A stretch of 64,000 nucleotides of DNA from Escherichia coli. GTDB lineage: Bacteria > Pseudomonadota > Gammaproteobacteria > Enterobacterales > Enterobacteriaceae. Where the stretch lies: the NCBI RefSeq assembly GCF_041886205.1, contig NZ_CP169029.1; one strand, written 5' to 3'. Each line of letters begins with the position of its first letter. Positions within the stretch are counted from its first letter, which is position 1. The notes beneath the pieces are model-generated. The model worked only from the letters and a program-made list of their open reading frames with translations. It searched no databases and was not told the DNA's origin. The position numbers and the translations under genes were made by a program. Positions 42,649-58,045 of this stretch are shown here, piece by piece.

Positions 42649-45000
42649 GTGGCGCAGGCAGGTTTTATCTTAACCCGACACTGGCGGGATACCCCGCAAG
42701 GGACAGAGGTCTCCTTCTGGCTGGCGACGGACAACGGGCCGTTGCAGGTCACGCTTGCACCGCAAGAGTCCGTGGCGTTTATTCCCGCCGATCAGGTTCC
42801 CCGCGCTCAGCATATTTTGCAGGGTGAACAAGGCTTTCGCCTGACACCGCTGGCGTTAAAGGATTTTCACCGCCAGCCAGTGTATGGCCTTTACTGTCGC
42901 GCCCATCGCCAATTGATGAATTACGAAAAGCGCCTGCGTGAAGGTGGCGTTACCGTCTACGAGGCCGATGTGCGCCCGCCAGAACGCTATCTGATGGAGC
43001 GGTTTATCACCTCACCGGTGTGGGTCGAGGGTGATATGCACAATGGCGCTATAGTTAATGCCCGTCTGAAACCGCATCCCGACTATCGTCCGCCGCTCAA
43101 GTGGGTTTCTATTGATATTGAAACCACCCGCCACGGTGAGCTGTACTGCATTGGCCTGGAAGGTTGCGGGCAGCGCATCGTTTATATGCTGGGGCCAGAG
43201 AATGGCGACGCCTCCGCGCTCGATTTTGAACTGGAATACGTCGCCAGTCGCCCGCAGCTACTGGAAAAACTCAACGCCTGGTTTGCCAACTACGATCCTG
43301 ATGTGATCATCGGTTGGAACGTGGTGCAGTTCGATCTGCGAATGCTGCAAAAACATGCCGAGCGTTACCGTATTCCGCTGCGGCTGGGGCGCGATAACAG
43401 TGAGCTGGAGTGGCGCGAGCACGGCTTTAAAAACGGCGTCTTTTTTGCCCACACTAAAGGTCGGCTAATTATCGACGGTATCGAGGCGCTGAAATCCGCG
43501 TTCTGGAATTTCTCTTCATTCTCACTGGAAACTGTCGCTCAGGAGCTATTAGGCGAAGGAAAATCTATCGATAACCCGTGGGATCGAATGGACGAAATTG
43601 ACCGCCGTTTCGCCGAAGATAAACCTGCGCTGGCGACTTATAACCTGAAAGATTGCGAGCTGGTGACGCAGATTTTCCATAAAACTGAAATCATGCCGTT
43701 TTTGCTCGAACGAGCAACGGTGAACGGCCTGCCGGTAGACCGCCACGGGGGATCGGTGGCGGCGTTTGGTCATCTCTATTTTCCCCGTATGCACCGCGCT
43801 GGTTATGTCGCGCCTAATCTCGGCGAAGTGCCGCCACACGCCAGCCCTGGCGGCTACGTGATGGATTCACGGCCAGGGCTTTATGATTCAGTGCTGGTGC
43901 TGGACTATAAAAGCCTGTACCCGTCGATCATCCGCACCTTTCTGATTGATCCCGTCGGGCTGGTGGAAGGCATGGCGCAGCCTGATCCAGAGCACAGTAC
44001 CGAAGGTTTTCTCGATGCCTGGTTCTCACGGGAGAAACATTGCCTGCCGGAGATTGTGACTAACATCTGGCACGGGCGCGATGAAGCCAAACGTCAGGGT
44101 AATAAGCCGCTTTCGCAGGCGCTGAAGATCATTATGAATGCCTTTTATGGCGTGCTCGGCACCACCGCCTGCCGCTTCTTCGATCCGCGCCTGGCATCGT
44201 CGATCACCATGCGTGGTCATCAGATCATGCGGCAAACCAAAGCGTTGATTGAAGCGCAGGGCTACGACGTTATCTACGGCGATACCGACTCGACTTTTGT
44301 CTGGCTGAAAGGTGCACATTCGGAAGAAGAAGCGGCGAAAATCGGTCGTGCACTGGTGCAGCACGTTAACGCCTGGTGGGCGGAAACGCTGCAAAAACAA
44401 CGGCTGACCAGCGCATTAGAACTGGAGTATGAAACCCATTTCTGCCGTTTTCTGATGCCAACCATTCGCGGAGCCGATACCGGCAGTAAAAAGCGTTATG
44501 CCGGGTTGATTCAGGAGGGCGACCAGCAGCGGATGGTGTTTAAAGGGCTGGAAACCGTGCGCACCGACTGGACGCCGCTGGCCCAGCAGTTTCAGCAGGA
44601 GCTGTACCTGCGCATCTTCCGCAACGAGCCATATCAGGAATACGTACGCGAAACCATCGACAAACTGATGGCGGGTGAACTGGATGCACGGCTGGTTTAC
44701 CGTAAACGCCTTCGCCGTCCGCTGAGCGAGTATCAGCGTAATGTGCCGCCTCATGTACGCGCCGCTCGCCTTGCCGATGAAGAAAACCAAAAGCGTGGTC
44801 GCCCCTTGCAATATCAGAATCGCGGCACCATTAAGTACGTATGGACCACCAACGGCCCGGAGCCGCTGGACTACCAACGTTCACCACTGGATTACGAACA
44901 CTATCTGACCCGCCAGCTACAACCCGTGGCGGAGGGAATACTCCCTTTTATTGAGGATAATTTTGCTACACTTATGACCGGGCAACTTGGGCTATTTTGA
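42649..45000 (+). CDS. polB: DNA polymerase II PolB (783 aa)
   Basis: ORF track 783 aa; B-family polymerase motifs (DxxSLYPSII, YGDTDS) present. Confidence 0.97.
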   Translation: MAQAGFILTRHWRDTPQGTEVSFWLATDNGPLQVTLAPQESVAFIPADQVPRAQHILQGEQGFRLTPLALKDFHRQPVYGLYCRAHRQLMNYEKRLREGGVTVYEADVRPPERYLMERFITSPVWVEGDMHNGAIVNARLKPHPDYRPPLKWVSIDIETTRHGELYCIGLEGCGQRIVYMLGPENGDASALDFELEYVASRPQLLEKLNAWFANYDPDVIIGWNVVQFDLRMLQKHAERYRIPLRLGRDNSELEWREHGFKNGVFFAHTKGRLIIDGIEALKSAFWNFSSFSLETVAQELLGEGKSIDNPWDRMDEIDRRFAEDKPALATYNLKDCELVTQIFHKTEIMPFLLERATVNGLPVDRHGGSVAAFGHLYFPRMHRAGYVAPNLGEVPPHASPGGYVMDSRPGLYDSVLVLDYKSLYPSIIRTFLIDPVGLVEGMAQPDPEHSTEGFLDAWFSREKHCLPEIVTNIWHGRDEAKRQGNKPLSQALKIIMNAFYGVLGTTACRFFDPRLASSITMRGHQIMRQTKALIEAQGYDVIYGDTDSTFVWLKGAHSEEEAAKIGRALVQHVNAWWAETLQKQRLTSALELEYETHFCRFLMPTIRGADTGSKKRYAGLIQEGDQQRMVFKGLETVRTDWTPLAQQFQQELYLRIFRNEPYQEYVRETIDKLMAGELDARLVYRKRLRRPLSEYQRNVPPHVRAARLADEENQKRGRPLQYQNRGTIKYVWTTNGPEPLDYQRSPLDYEHYLTRQLQPVAEGILPFIEDNFATLMTGQLGLF

Positions 45001-45163
45001 GCAAAAAAAGAGTTCGCCAGATACCATTTTGATGCGTGACGAATGCTTTGCCATCCAGTACCATAGCGCCCTTTCCATTCCTGGACCTGAATAACACCAC
45101 TACCTCATAAGCACGGTAGCGGGTGGTTATTGCCTGCAATTAAAGATATAGAGCCGAACACAT

Positions 45164-48070
45164 ATGCCTTTTACACTTGGTCAACGCTGGATCAGCGATA
45201 CAGAAAGCGAATTGGGACTTGGAACCGTTGTCGCGGTGGATGCGCGAACTGTCACTTTACTTTTCCCATCTACTGGTGAAAACCGTCTGTACGCACGCAG
45301 TGATTCCCCCGTGACCCGCGTGATGTTCAACCCTGGTGATACCATTACCAGCCATGACGGCTGGCAGATGCAAGTCGAAGAAGTAAAAGAAGAAAATGGC
45401 TTGCTGACCTATATCGGTACTCGCCTGGATACTGAAGAGTCCGGCGTAGCCCTGCGTGAAGTTTTCCTTGATAGCAAACTGGTGTTCAGCAAACCGCAGG
45501 ACCGCCTGTTTGCCGGGCAGATTGACCGTATGGACCGCTTTGCGCTGCGTTATCGCGCGCGTAAGTATTCCAGCGAACAGTTCCGTATGCCGTACAGCGG
45601 CCTGCGCGGTCAGCGTACCAGCCTGATCCCGCACCAGCTGAACATCGCTCATGATGTTGGCCGCCGCCACGCGCCGCGCGTCCTGCTGGCTGACGAAGTG
45701 GGTTTAGGGAAAACCATTGAAGCCGGGATGATCCTGCATCAGCAACTGCTCTCTGGCGCTGCTGAACGTGTGCTGATTATCGTCCCGGAAACCTTACAAC
45801 ATCAGTGGCTGGTAGAAATGCTGCGCCGTTTCAACCTGCGTTTTGCGCTGTTTGATGATGAGCGTTATGCCGAAGCTCAGCACGATGCTTACAACCCGTT
45901 CGACACCGAACAACTGGTGATTTGCTCGCTGGATTTTGCCCGTCGTAGCAAACAGCGTCTGGAACACCTCTGTGAAGCCGAGTGGGACCTGCTGGTTGTC
46001 GATGAAGCGCATCACCTGGTGTGGAGCGAAGATGCGCCGAGCCGTGAATATCAGGCCATTGAACAACTGGCTGAGCACGTGCCGGGCGTTCTGCTGCTGA
46101 CCGCAACCCCGGAACAGCTGGGGATGGAAAGCCACTTCGCCCGTCTGCGTCTGCTGGACCCGAACCGTTTCCACGATTTTGCGCAATTCGTTGAAGAGCA
46201 GAAAAATTATCGTCCGGTTGCGGACGCCGTTGCCATGCTGCTGGCAGGTAACAAACTGAGCAATGACGAACTGAACATGCTTGGCGAGATGATCGGCGAG
46301 CAGGATATCGAGCCGCTGTTGCAAGCAGCAAACAGCGACAGGGAAGATGCCCAGAGCGCCCGTCAGGAACTGGTTTCGATGCTGATGGATCGCCACGGCA
46401 CCAGCCGCGTGCTGTTCCGTAACACCCGTAACGGTGTGAAAGGCTTCCCGAAACGCGAGCTGCACACCATTAAGCTGCCGCTGCCGACGCAGTATCAGAC
46501 GGCTATTAAAGTCTCCGGCATTATGGGCGCACGTAAAAGTGCGGAAGACCGCGCCCGCGATATGCTCTACCCGGAGCGTATTTATCAGGAATTTGAAGGT
46601 GATAACGCCACCTGGTGGAACTTCGATCCGCGCGTTGAGTGGCTGATGGGCTACCTGACCAGCCATCGCTCTCAGAAAGTGCTGGTGATCTGCGCTAAAG
46701 CTGCCACTGCGCTGCAACTGGAGCAAGTACTGCGCGAACGTGAAGGTATTCGCGCTGCGGTGTTCCACGAAGGTATGTCGATTATCGAACGTGACCGCGC
46801 TGCCGCCTGGTTTGCTGAAGAAGACACCGGCGCACAGGTACTGCTGTGCTCGGAAATCGGTTCTGAAGGACGTAACTTCCAGTTCGCCAGCCACATGGTG
46901 ATGTTTGACCTGCCATTCAACCCGGATCTGCTGGAGCAGCGTATTGGTCGTCTGGATCGTATCGGTCAGGCGCACGATATTCAGATCCATGTGCCTTATC
47001 TGGAAAAAACCGCTCAGTCGGTGCTGGTGCGCTGGTATCACGAAGGTCTGGATGCATTCGAGCACACCTGCCCGACCGGACGCACTATTTACGATAGCGT
47101 ATACAACGATCTGATTAACTATCTGGCTTCACCGGATCAAACCGAAGGCTTTGACGATCTGATCAAAAACTGCCGCGAGCAACATGAAGCGCTGAAAGCA
47201 CAGCTGGAACAGGGTCGTGACCGCCTGCTGGAAATCCACTCCAACGGTGGCGAAAAAGCCCAGGCACTGGCAGAAAGCATTGAAGAGCAGGATGACGATA
47301 CCAACCTGATCGCCTTCGCCATGAACCTGTTCGATATTATCGGTATCAATCAGGACGATCGCGGCGACAACATGATCGTGCTGACGCCGTCCGATCATAT
47401 GCTGGTGCCGGACTTCCCTGGCCTGTCGGAAGATGGCATCACCATCACCTTTGATCGTGAAGTGGCGCTGGCGCGTGAAGATGCACAGTTTATTACCTGG
47501 GAGCATCCGCTGATCCGCAACGGTCTGGATCTGATCCTTTCTGGCGATACCGGTAGCAGCACGATTTCACTGTTAAAAAACAAAGCGTTGCCGGTAGGTA
47601 CGCTGTTGGTGGAACTGATTTATGTGGTTGAAGCCCAGGCTCCGAAGCAGTTGCAGCTCAACCGCTTCCTGCCACCGACGCCGGTACGTATGCTGCTGGA
47701 TAAAAACGGCAACAACCTGGCGGCGCAGGTAGAGTTTGAAACCTTTAACCGCCAGCTTAACGCGGTTAACCGTCACACCGGCAGCAAACTGGTTAACGCC
47801 GTGCAGCAGGATGTTCACGCTATCCTTCAACTGGGTGAAGCGCAGATCGAGAAATCTGCCCGTGCATTGATTGATGCAGCGCGTAACGAAGCCGACGAAA
47901 AACTGTCTGCCGAGCTGTCTCGTCTGGAAGCGCTGCGTGCAGTGAACCCGAACATTCGTGACGACGAACTGACCGCTATTGAGAGCAACCGTCAGCAGGT
48001 AATGGAAAGCCTGGATCAGGCTGGTTGGCGTCTGGATGCCCTGCGTTTGATCGTTGTAACGCATCAGTAA
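45164..48070 (+). CDS. rapA: RNA polymerase-associated Swi2/Snf2 ATPase RapA/HepA (968 aa)
   Basis: ORF track 968 aa; helicase motifs [13 protein letters not shown]. Confidence 0.97.
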   Translation: MPFTLGQRWISDTESELGLGTVVAVDARTVTLLFPSTGENRLYARSDSPVTRVMFNPGDTITSHDGWQMQVEEVKEENGLLTYIGTRLDTEESGVALREVFLDSKLVFSKPQDRLFAGQIDRMDRFALRYRARKYSSEQFRMPYSGLRGQRTSLIPHQLNIAHDVGRRHAPRVLLADEVGLGKTIEAGMILHQQLLSGAAERVLIIVPETLQHQWLVEMLRRFNLRFALFDDERYAEAQHDAYNPFDTEQLVICSLDFARRSKQRLEHLCEAEWDLLVVDEAHHLVWSEDAPSREYQAIEQLAEHVPGVLLLTATPEQLGMESHFARLRLLDPNRFHDFAQFVEEQKNYRPVADAVAMLLAGNKLSNDELNMLGEMIGEQDIEPLLQAANSDREDAQSARQELVSMLMDRHGTSRVLFRNTRNGVKGFPKRELHTIKLPLPTQYQTAIKVSGIMGARKSAEDRARDMLYPERIYQEFEGDNATWWNFDPRVEWLMGYLTSHRSQKVLVICAKAATALQLEQVLREREGIRAAVFHEGMSIIERDRAAAWFAEEDTGAQVLLCSEIGSEGRNFQFASHMVMFDLPFNPDLLEQRIGRLDRIGQAHDIQIHVPYLEKTAQSVLVRWYHEGLDAFEHTCPTGRTIYDSVYNDLINYLASPDQTEGFDDLIKNCREQHEALKAQLEQGRDRLLEIHSNGGEKAQALAESIEEQDDDTNLIAFAMNLFDIIGINQDDRGDNMIVLTPSDHMLVPDFPGLSEDGITITFDREVALAREDAQFITWEHPLIRNGLDLILSGDTGSSTISLLKNKALPVGTLLVELIYVVEAQAPKQLQLNRFLPPTPVRMLLDKNGNNLAAQVEFETFNRQLNAVNRHTGSKLVNAVQQDVHAILQLGEAQIEKSARALIDAARNEADEKLSAELSRLEALRAVNPNIRDDELTAIESNRQQVMESLDQAGWRLDALRLIVVTHQ

Positions 48071-48081
48071 CGGAGCCGAAA

Positions 48082-48741
48082 ATGGGGATGGAAAACTACA
48101 ATCCACCGCAGGAACCCTGGTTGGTTATCCTGTATCAGGATGACCACATTATGGTGGTCAACAAGCCGAGCGGTTTGTTGTCTGTGCCGGGTCGTCTGGA
48201 AGAGCACAAAGATAGCGTGATGACGCGCATTCAGCGTGATTATCCGCAGGCAGAATCGGTGCATCGTCTGGATATGGCTACCAGCGGCGTGATTGTAGTG
48301 GCGCTGACCAAAGCCGCGGAGCGGGAGTTAAAACGCCAGTTCCGCGAGCGCGAGCCGAAAAAGCAGTATGTGGCCCGCGTCTGGGGGCATCCATCCCCCG
48401 CAGAAGGTCTGGTGGATCTGCCGCTGATTTGCGACTGGCCAAACCGCCCGAAACAGAAAGTCTGTTACGAAACGGGTAAACCTGCGCAGACGGAATATGA
48501 AGTGGTGGAGTATGCGGCGGATAACACGGCAAGAGTGGTGTTAAAACCGATTACCGGGCGTTCGCATCAATTGCGTGTGCATATGCTGGCGCTGGGTCAT
48601 CCGATTCTCGGCGATCGTTTTTATGCATCACCAGAAGCGAGAGCGATGGCACCACGTTTGTTGCTACATGCAGAGATGTTGACGATTACCCATCCGGCGT
48701 ATGGCAATAGTATGACGTTTAAAGCGCCAGCGGATTTTTAA
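48082..48741 (+). CDS. rluA: Pseudouridine synthase RluA (23S U746 / tRNA U32; 219 aa)
   Basis: Known start MGMENYNPPQEPWLVILYQDDHIMVVNKPSGLLSV... (19 codons into the track ORF); catalytic HRLD motif. Confidence 0.94.
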   Translation: MGMENYNPPQEPWLVILYQDDHIMVVNKPSGLLSVPGRLEEHKDSVMTRIQRDYPQAESVHRLDMATSGVIVVALTKAAERELKRQFREREPKKQYVARVWGHPSPAEGLVDLPLICDWPNRPKQKVCYETGKPAQTEYEVVEYAADNTARVVLKPITGRSHQLRVHMLALGHPILGDRFYASPEARAMAPRLLLHAEMLTITHPAYGNSMTFKAPADF

Positions 48742-48744
48742 TCG

Positions 48745-48852
48745 TCACGCTGGCGCAGTTCGGTAGGCGGATAAGGCGTTCACGCCGCATCCGGCAATTG
48801 TGCGCCGATTGCCTGATGCGACGCGGGCCGCGTCTTATCAGGCCTACAGTTT
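48745..48852. repeat. REP elements between rluA and djlA
   Basis: cggtaggcggataaggcgttcacgccgcatccggca ... gcctgatgcgacgcgggccgcgtcttatcaggcctac. Confidence 0.85.
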
Positions 48853-48857
48853 AAAAC

Positions 48858-49673
48858 TTATTTAAACCCTTTCTGCTGCTTTATCAGCTCATATGCCTGC
48901 TGAATTTCCTGCGCTTTCTGCTTCGCCATCTCCATCATCTCAGGCGGCAAACCTTTCGCCACCAGCTTATCGGGATGGTGTTCACTCATCAGCTTACGGT
49001 AGGCACGTTTGATGGTGGTCGCATCATCCGTCGGCTTCACGCCCAGCACATTACAGGCATCTTCCAGCGTCGGGCCACGCTGCGCTTGCTGCCAGTTACC
49101 ACCGCCAGATTGCTGCTGATAACCGCCGCCAAACTGTGCACCGCCCTGCATCATGCGCAAAAACTGGTCAAACTGGGCGCGGGAGATCCCTAATTCTTCA
49201 GCAATGACATACAGCACCGCCCGTTCATTCGGGTGCAGTGAACCATCAGCAAACGCCGCCTGAATCTGGATCTCCAGAAACATACGAATTAAGTCAAAAC
49301 GACCAAAGCAGACACTGCGAAACTGGCGCATCTTTTCGCGCAGCGGGTAATTGTCTGATTTTCCCACCCGGAACGCGTTTTGCGCCGCAGTACGGGAAGC
49401 GCCATGAAGATTCATTCGGTCCATCAACTGGCTGGCGATATGAATATCAGCCTCCGTGACGCGACCTTTGGATTTGGTTAAATGCCCCATCACTTCAAAA
49501 GTGGTGGCAAAAAACAGCGACTGACGCTCACGCTGGTTGGCGAACCACGCCATTTTACGGCTACGGGCTTTATCAAACATATGGCCAATTAACAGGCCTA
49601 ACACTACGCCCCAAAAGCCGCCGCCCATCAGTAAGGCCACGGCCACGCCAATGATTTTTCCCCAATACTGCAT
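48858..49673 (-). CDS. djlA: DnaJ-like membrane co-chaperone DjlA (271 aa)
   Basis: Known start [33 protein letters not shown]... (15 codons into the track ORF); C-terminal J domain with HPD. Confidence 0.94.
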   Translation of the reverse strand: MQYWGKIIGVAVALLMGGGFWGVVLGLLIGHMFDKARSRKMAWFANQRERQSLFFATTFEVMGHLTKSKGRVTEADIHIASQLMDRMNLHGASRTAAQNAFRVGKSDNYPLREKMRQFRSVCFGRFDLIRMFLEIQIQAAFADGSLHPNERAVLYVIAEELGISRAQFDQFLRMMQGGAQFGGGYQQQSGGGNWQQAQRGPTLEDACNVLGVKPTDDATTIKRAYRKLMSEHHPDKLVAKGLPPEMMEMAKQKAQEIQQAYELIKQQKGFK

Positions 49674-49927
49674 ATATTCCCCAAATCGACACACGGATAT
49701 CAGGGCTATCTCCCACAATATAAAGGTGCTTTTACCGTTTTCCGGCTGCGGTCAATTGTGGGACATCGCCTATAATTTGCATTATCATACCTGTCATTCA
49801 ATGCCGTGCCTAACACCACTGACGCTATTCGGACAGGATTAACACTAGCGTAGAGATGACGAGTACGTTAGTCTCTGACCGTTTGTCACGCGCAACGTTA
49901 CCGATGATGGAACAATAAAATCAACGT

Positions 49928-52285
49928 ATGAAAAAACGTATCCCCACTCTCCTGGCCACCATGATTGCCACCGCCCTTTATAGTCAACAGGGACTGGCAG
50001 CCGACCTCGCCTCACAGTGCATGTTGGGCGTGCCAAGCTATGACCGTCCTCTGGTACAGGGCGATACCAATGACTTACCCGTGACTATCAATGCTGACCA
50101 CGCGAAAGGGGACTACCCGGATGACGCCGTGTTTACTGGCAGCGTGGATATCATGCAGGGTAACAGCCGTCTGCAGGCCGACGAAGTGCAGCTCCATCAA
50201 AAAGAGGCACCAGGACAACCGGAGCCGGTACGTACCGTTGATGCGCTCGGTAATGTCCATTATGACGATAACCAGGTGATCCTCAAAGGGCCGAAAGGCT
50301 GGGCGAATCTGAACACCAAAGATACCAACGTCTGGGAAGGTGATTACCAGATGGTGGGTCGCCAGGGTCGCGGTAAAGCGGACCTGATGAAACAACGTGG
50401 CGAAAACCGCTATACCATTCTGGATAACGGTAGCTTTACCTCCTGTCTGCCGGGTTCTGACACCTGGAGCGTGGTAGGTAGCGAAATTATTCATGACCGC
50501 GAAGAACAAGTTGCGGAGATCTGGAACGCCCGCTTTAAGGTGGGTCCGGTACCGATCTTTTATAGCCCCTATCTGCAGTTGCCGGTGGGTGACAAACGTC
50601 GCTCTGGTTTCTTGATCCCGAACGCCAAGTACACCACCACCAACTACTTCGAGTTCTACCTGCCATATTACTGGAACATCGCGCCAAATATGGATGCCAC
50701 CATCACGCCGCATTATATGCATCGTCGTGGCAACATCATGTGGGAGAACGAATTCCGCTACCTCTCCCAGGCGGGCGCTGGCTTGATGGAACTGGACTAT
50801 CTGCCTTCAGATAAAGTCTATGAAGATGAACACCCGAACGATGACAGTTCACGTCGTTGGTTATTCTACTGGAACCACTCCGGGGTCATGGATCAGGTGT
50901 GGCGTTTCAACGTCGACTACACCAAGGTCAGCGATCCTAGCTACTTCAATGATTTCGATAACAAGTACGGTTCCAGTACTGACGGCTACGCAACGCAAAA
51001 ATTCAGCGTTGGCTATGCGGTGCAAAACTTTGACGCCACGCTTTCGCATAAACAATTCCAAGTTTTTGATGATACCAGTGGCAACAGCTATGCCGCTGAG
51101 CCGCAGTTAGACGTCAACTACTACCATAACGATCTCGGCCCGTTTGATACCCGATTTTATGGTCAGGCAGTGCATTTTGTTAATACAAACAGCAATATGC
51201 CGGAGGCTACTCGCGTTCATCTGGAGCCGACGATCAACCTGCCGTTATCTAACACCTGGAGCAGTATCAATACCGAAGCGAAGCTGATGGCTACCCATTA
51301 TCAGCAGACCAATCTCGACTGGTATAACAGCAATCCACAAAACAATAAGTTGGCAGATTCTGTTAACCGTGTAATGCCACAATTTAAAGTTGACGGCAAA
51401 ATGGTCTTCGAACGCGATATGGAAATGCTGGCACCGGGTTATACCCAGACGCTGGAGCCGCGTGCGCAATACCTGTATGTGCCGTATCGCGATCAGAGCG
51501 ACATCTATAACTATGACTCATCATTGCTGCAATCCGACTACTCGGGCCTGTTCCGGGACCGGACTTATGGCGGTCTTGACCGTATTGCTTCCGCAAACCA
51601 GGTCACGACCGGCATCACAACTCGCGTATATGATGATGCAGCCGTTGAACGTTTTAATATTTCCGTTGGTCAAATCTACTATTTCACGGAGTCTCGCACT
51701 GGCGATGACAACATAACATGGGAGAATGACGACAAAACGGGCTCACTGGTGTGGGCAGGCGATACTTACTGGCGTATCTCCGAGCGTTGGGGATTGCGTG
51801 GCGGGATTCAGTACGATACACGTCTGGATAACGTAGCGACCAGTAACTCCAGCATTGAATACCGTCGGGATGAAGACCGTCTGGTACAGCTGAATTACCG
51901 TTACGCCAGCCCGGAATATATTCAGGCGACGCTGCCTAAGTACTATTCCACTGCTGAGCAATATAAGAATGGTATTTCGCAGGTAGGTGCTGTCGCCAGC
52001 TGGCCAATTGCCGATCGTTGGTCCATTGTTGGGGCCTACTACTACGACACCAATGCGAACAAGCAAGCCGACTCTATGTTAGGTGTGCAATACAGCTCCT
52101 GCTGCTATGCAATTCGCGTCGGTTACGAGCGGAAGCTGAACGGTTGGGATAACGATAAACAACATGCGGTATATGACAACGCAATCGGCTTTAACATCGA
52201 ACTTCGCGGCCTGAGCTCCAACTACGGTCTGGGTACGCAAGAGATGCTGCGTTCGAACATTCTGCCGTATCAAAACACTTTGTGA
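49928..52285 (+). CDS. lptD: LPS assembly outer-membrane protein LptD (Imp/OstA)
   Basis: ORF track 785 aa, [24 protein letters not shown] signal peptide; full-length. Confidence 0.96.
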   Translation: MKKRIPTLLATMIATALYSQQGLAADLASQCMLGVPSYDRPLVQGDTNDLPVTINADHAKGDYPDDAVFTGSVDIMQGNSRLQADEVQLHQKEAPGQPEPVRTVDALGNVHYDDNQVILKGPKGWANLNTKDTNVWEGDYQMVGRQGRGKADLMKQRGENRYTILDNGSFTSCLPGSDTWSVVGSEIIHDREEQVAEIWNARFKVGPVPIFYSPYLQLPVGDKRRSGFLIPNAKYTTTNYFEFYLPYYWNIAPNMDATITPHYMHRRGNIMWENEFRYLSQAGAGLMELDYLPSDKVYEDEHPNDDSSRRWLFYWNHSGVMDQVWRFNVDYTKVSDPSYFNDFDNKYGSSTDGYATQKFSVGYAVQNFDATLSHKQFQVFDDTSGNSYAAEPQLDVNYYHNDLGPFDTRFYGQAVHFVNTNSNMPEATRVHLEPTINLPLSNTWSSINTEAKLMATHYQQTNLDWYNSNPQNNKLADSVNRVMPQFKVDGKMVFERDMEMLAPGYTQTLEPRAQYLYVPYRDQSDIYNYDSSLLQSDYSGLFRDRTYGGLDRIASANQVTTGITTRVYDDAAVERFNISVGQIYYFTESRTGDDNITWENDDKTGSLVWAGDTYWRISERWGLRGGIQYDTRLDNVATSNSSIEYRRDEDRLVQLNYRYASPEYIQATLPKYYSTAEQYKNGISQVGAVASWPIADRWSIVGAYYYDTNANKQADSMLGVQYSSCCYAIRVGYERKLNGWDNDKQHAVYDNAIGFNIELRGLSSNYGLGTQEMLRSNILPYQNTL

Positions 52286-52337
52286 TTTGTTGATTTACCA
52301 CGTAATCCGCAGTGCGGTTAATTGAAATGGAAAAAGT

Positions 52338-55431
<3,094 letters not shown>

Positions 55432-55433
55432 CG

Positions 55434-55811
55434 ATGATCAATTCGCCCCGAGTGTGTATTCAGGTTCAAAGCGTCTACATTGAGGCACAATCTTCACCTG
55501 ATAATGAACGTTACGTTTTTGCTTATACCGTAACCATACGCAATCTGGGGCGAGCGCCAGTGCAGTTGTTGGGGCGTTACTGGCTGATCACCAATGGCAA
55601 TGGCCGTGAAACCGAAGTCCAGGGCGAAGGAGTGGTTGGCGTCCAGCCACTTATCGCGCCTGGCGAAGAGTACCAGTACACCAGCGGTGCAATCATTGAA
55701 ACCCCGCTGGGCACCATGCAGGGTCACTACGAAATGATCGATGAAAATGGCGTCCCTTTCAGCATCGACATTCCCGTATTCCGACTCGCCGTTCCCACAC
55801 TCATTCATTAA
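55434..55811 (+). CDS. apaG: ApaG (DUF525) protein (125 aa)
   Basis: Known start [33 protein letters not shown]... (18 codons into the track ORF). Confidence 0.93.
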   Translation: MINSPRVCIQVQSVYIEAQSSPDNERYVFAYTVTIRNLGRAPVQLLGRYWLITNGNGRETEVQGEGVVGVQPLIAPGEEYQYTSGAIIETPLGTMQGHYEMIDENGVPFSIDIPVFRLAVPTLIH

Positions 55812-55817
55812 AAGAAT

Positions 55818-56666
55818 ATGGCGACATACCTTATTGGCGACGTTCATGGTTGTTACGATGAACTGATCGCATTGCTGCATAAAGTAGAATTTACCCCTGG
55901 GAAAGATACCCTCTGGCTGACGGGCGATCTGGTCGCGCGCGGCCCGGGTTCGCTGGATGTTCTGCGCTATGTGAAATCCTTAGGCGACAGCGTACGTCTG
56001 GTGCTGGGCAATCACGATCTGCATCTGCTGGCGGTATTTGCCGGGATCAGCCGCAATAAACCGAAAGATCGCCTGACACCGCTGCTGGAAGCGCCGGATG
56101 CCGACGAGCTGCTTAACTGGCTGCGTCGCCAGCCTCTGCTGCAAATCGACGAAGAGAAAAAGCTGGTGATGGCCCACGCAGGGATCACGCCGCAGTGGGA
56201 TCTGCAGACCGCCAAAGAGTGCGCGCGCGATGTAGAAGCGGTGCTGTCGAGCGACTCCTATCCCTTCTTCCTTGATGCCATGTACGGCGATATGCCAAAT
56301 AACTGGTCACCGGAATTGCGGGGGCTGGGAAGACTGCGTTTTATCACCAACGCCTTTACCCGTATGCGTTTTTGCTTTCCAAACGGTCAACTGGATATGT
56401 ACAGCAAAGAATCGCCGGAAGAAGCCCCTGCCCCACTGAAACCGTGGTTTGCGATTCCTGGCCCTGTCGCTGAAGAATACAGCATCGCCTTTGGTCACTG
56501 GGCATCGCTGGAAGGCAAAGGTACGCCGGAAGGTATTTACGCGCTGGATACCGGCTGCTGCTGGGGTGGGTCATTAACCTGCCTGCGCTGGGAAGATAAG
56601 CAGTATTTTGTCCAGCCGTCGAACCGGCATAAGGATTTGGGTGAGGGAGAGGCGGTCGCGTCTTAA
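55818..56666 (+). CDS. apaH: Bis(5'-nucleosyl)-tetraphosphatase (symmetrical) ApaH (282 aa here)
   Basis: ORF track 282 aa, [16 protein letters not shown]...; metallophosphatase GDx[14 protein letters not shown] motifs. C-terminus ...[10 protein letters not shown] differs from my recollection of K-12 (...DLGEAAAS). Confidence 0.95.
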   Translation: MATYLIGDVHGCYDELIALLHKVEFTPGKDTLWLTGDLVARGPGSLDVLRYVKSLGDSVRLVLGNHDLHLLAVFAGISRNKPKDRLTPLLEAPDADELLNWLRRQPLLQIDEEKKLVMAHAGITPQWDLQTAKECARDVEAVLSSDSYPFFLDAMYGDMPNNWSPELRGLGRLRFITNAFTRMRFCFPNGQLDMYSKESPEEAPAPLKPWFAIPGPVAEEYSIAFGHWASLEGKGTPEGIYALDTGCCWGGSLTCLRWEDKQYFVQPSNRHKDLGEGEAVAS

Positions 56667-56690
56667 CGAATTACCATTCAGGGAGGAATA

Positions 56691-57290
56691 ATGGCTGACT
56701 ATTTTGAAATACGTGCTGATTACAATCAGCACACCATCACGGTTTATCAGGCTTACAATGATGCAATCGCTGACGTCGCCGTACGTAACGGGCGATTTGG
56801 CGCACCTTTTTCATTCAACCGCATGACCTGGATTAAACCCTCTTTTATGTGGATGATGGAGCGTAGCAACTGGGGACTGAAAAAAGATCAACAACACATT
56901 CTCGCAATCCGAATCAAACGCACCTTCTTTGATACATTGCTGGAACAAGCGGTGCTAACCACGCCGGAAGCCCATGTGTATCCACATGCAGGCATTTGGG
57001 AAACGTTATTTGCACAAGCAAATGTGTATGTTCAGTGGGATCCCGAACGCAGTATAAATGGTAAAAAACTGGAGCACCGATCATTACAGCTTGGTATTTC
57101 CCGTAACTTGATCAGTCAATTTAACGAAGACGCCATTGTTGCCATTGATGATCTGACTCCGCTGGTGCGAAAGTGTCATAACCTTTTGATAAACGGTAAA
57201 ACAACACAGGCGAAATCCTTCCTGCCGCCAGAAAAAATTTACCCTGTTAGTGCAGCTGCGAGAAAGGCTTTGGGAATGAAAAATTCCTGA
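56691..57290 (+). CDS. Hypothetical protein (199 aa), first gene of the apaH–folA insertion; possibly DUF4291-like
   Basis: ORF track 199 aa; strong GGGAGG Shine-Dalgarno 7 nt before the ATG; low GC (~40-45%); TWIKPSFMWMMERSNWG motif. DUF assignment is from memory only and is low confidence. Confidence 0.8.
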   Translation: MADYFEIRADYNQHTITVYQAYNDAIADVAVRNGRFGAPFSFNRMTWIKPSFMWMMERSNWGLKKDQQHILAIRIKRTFFDTLLEQAVLTTPEAHVYPHAGIWETLFAQANVYVQWDPERSINGKKLEHRSLQLGISRNLISQFNEDAIVAIDDLTPLVRKCHNLLINGKTTQAKSFLPPEKIYPVSAAARKALGMKNS

Positions 57291-57325
57291 GACAAATACG
57301 CGCCTATTAAGCGGAAAATATTTAA

Positions 57326-57775
57326 GTGCGACAAATCAACACCGGGCTTAATACCAGAGAAATTATTCTGGAAATGATTGACGAAGCAGATGCCCCCCCA
57401 TTTGCTGAGCAGCGGACCTGGCATCGCAGGCGAATCGCTTTTCTATGTGATTGCATCAGCGTTGCTGTCGACTACGGCTTCTTCTGTTCTGTTTCTCAGC
57501 AGTCAATAATGAACATAACCAGGATGGCTGAAGATGTATGGATAATAGAAAGTAAAATGACACAACTCATTGATATCTGGCAACAACTTCAGCGGCTTTA
57601 TCCGCCAAACATTATTCCCTGCACCCAGCAGTTACCCGCTAAAGAATTGCTTGAACTGCTACTTTCCAGTCCTGACGATCTTCGAATAGTTGAAATCCCT
57701 GACATCATCGGTGATGTTTTTGATGACCAAACCTGGATTCGATTATTCAAAAAACACTTTGCTGATATTATCTAA
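57326..57775 (+). CDS. Hypothetical protein (149 aa from GTG 57326, or 133 aa from ATG 57374), second gene of the apaH–folA insertion
   Basis: ORF track 149 aa; co-oriented 35 bp after the first ORF; weak RBS at both candidate starts; acidic, Cys-containing, no recognisable motif. Confidence 0.6.
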   Translation: MRQINTGLNTREIILEMIDEADAPPFAEQRTWHRRRIAFLCDCISVAVDYGFFCSVSQQSIMNITRMAEDVWIIESKMTQLIDIWQQLQRLYPPNIIPCTQQLPAKELLELLLSSPDDLRIVEIPDIIGDVFDDQTWIRLFKKHFADII

Positions 57776-58012
57776 CTACGATGTGATGTGTAACAATCCA
57801 AAATACATCGCCAGACGATAGACCAAAAAGAAAGTATTTAGCAGATACTCAACATTCTGACTTCTGTACAGAAATAGCAGAGTTTAAAAACTTAAAACTT
57901 CCGGTACTCATTAGAGAAACATCCAGTTTCTTCTGCAAATTCATTTAATGCCGAGATGGCATCCTCGTTTACTTCAGTCCACTGTAGAGTAGCTTGAGGA
58001 TTTAGACCTACG

Positions 58013-58045
58013 CAGTGAGCGCGACTCACAAAATCGCGCTCACTG
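58013..58045. other. Perfect 11-bp inverted repeat (stem-loop) about 47 bp downstream of the folA stop
   Basis: cagtgagcgcg-actcacaaaat-cgcgctcactg; no U-tract on either side. K-12 has a REP element in the equivalent position (recollection). Confidence 0.6.

Noticed and set aside
45794-47065. 423-aa ORF on the minus strand antisense to rapA (and nested 166-aa ORF 45831..46331)
   Set aside because: Shadow ORF inside rapA; composition is Q/H/R/F-rich without domain features. rapA itself is full-length and conserved.
57849-57944. 31-codon minus-strand mini-ORF in the island tail
   Set aside because: No convincing Shine-Dalgarno, and short ORFs are expected by chance in AT-rich DNA. Kept only as a note within the island-tail finding.
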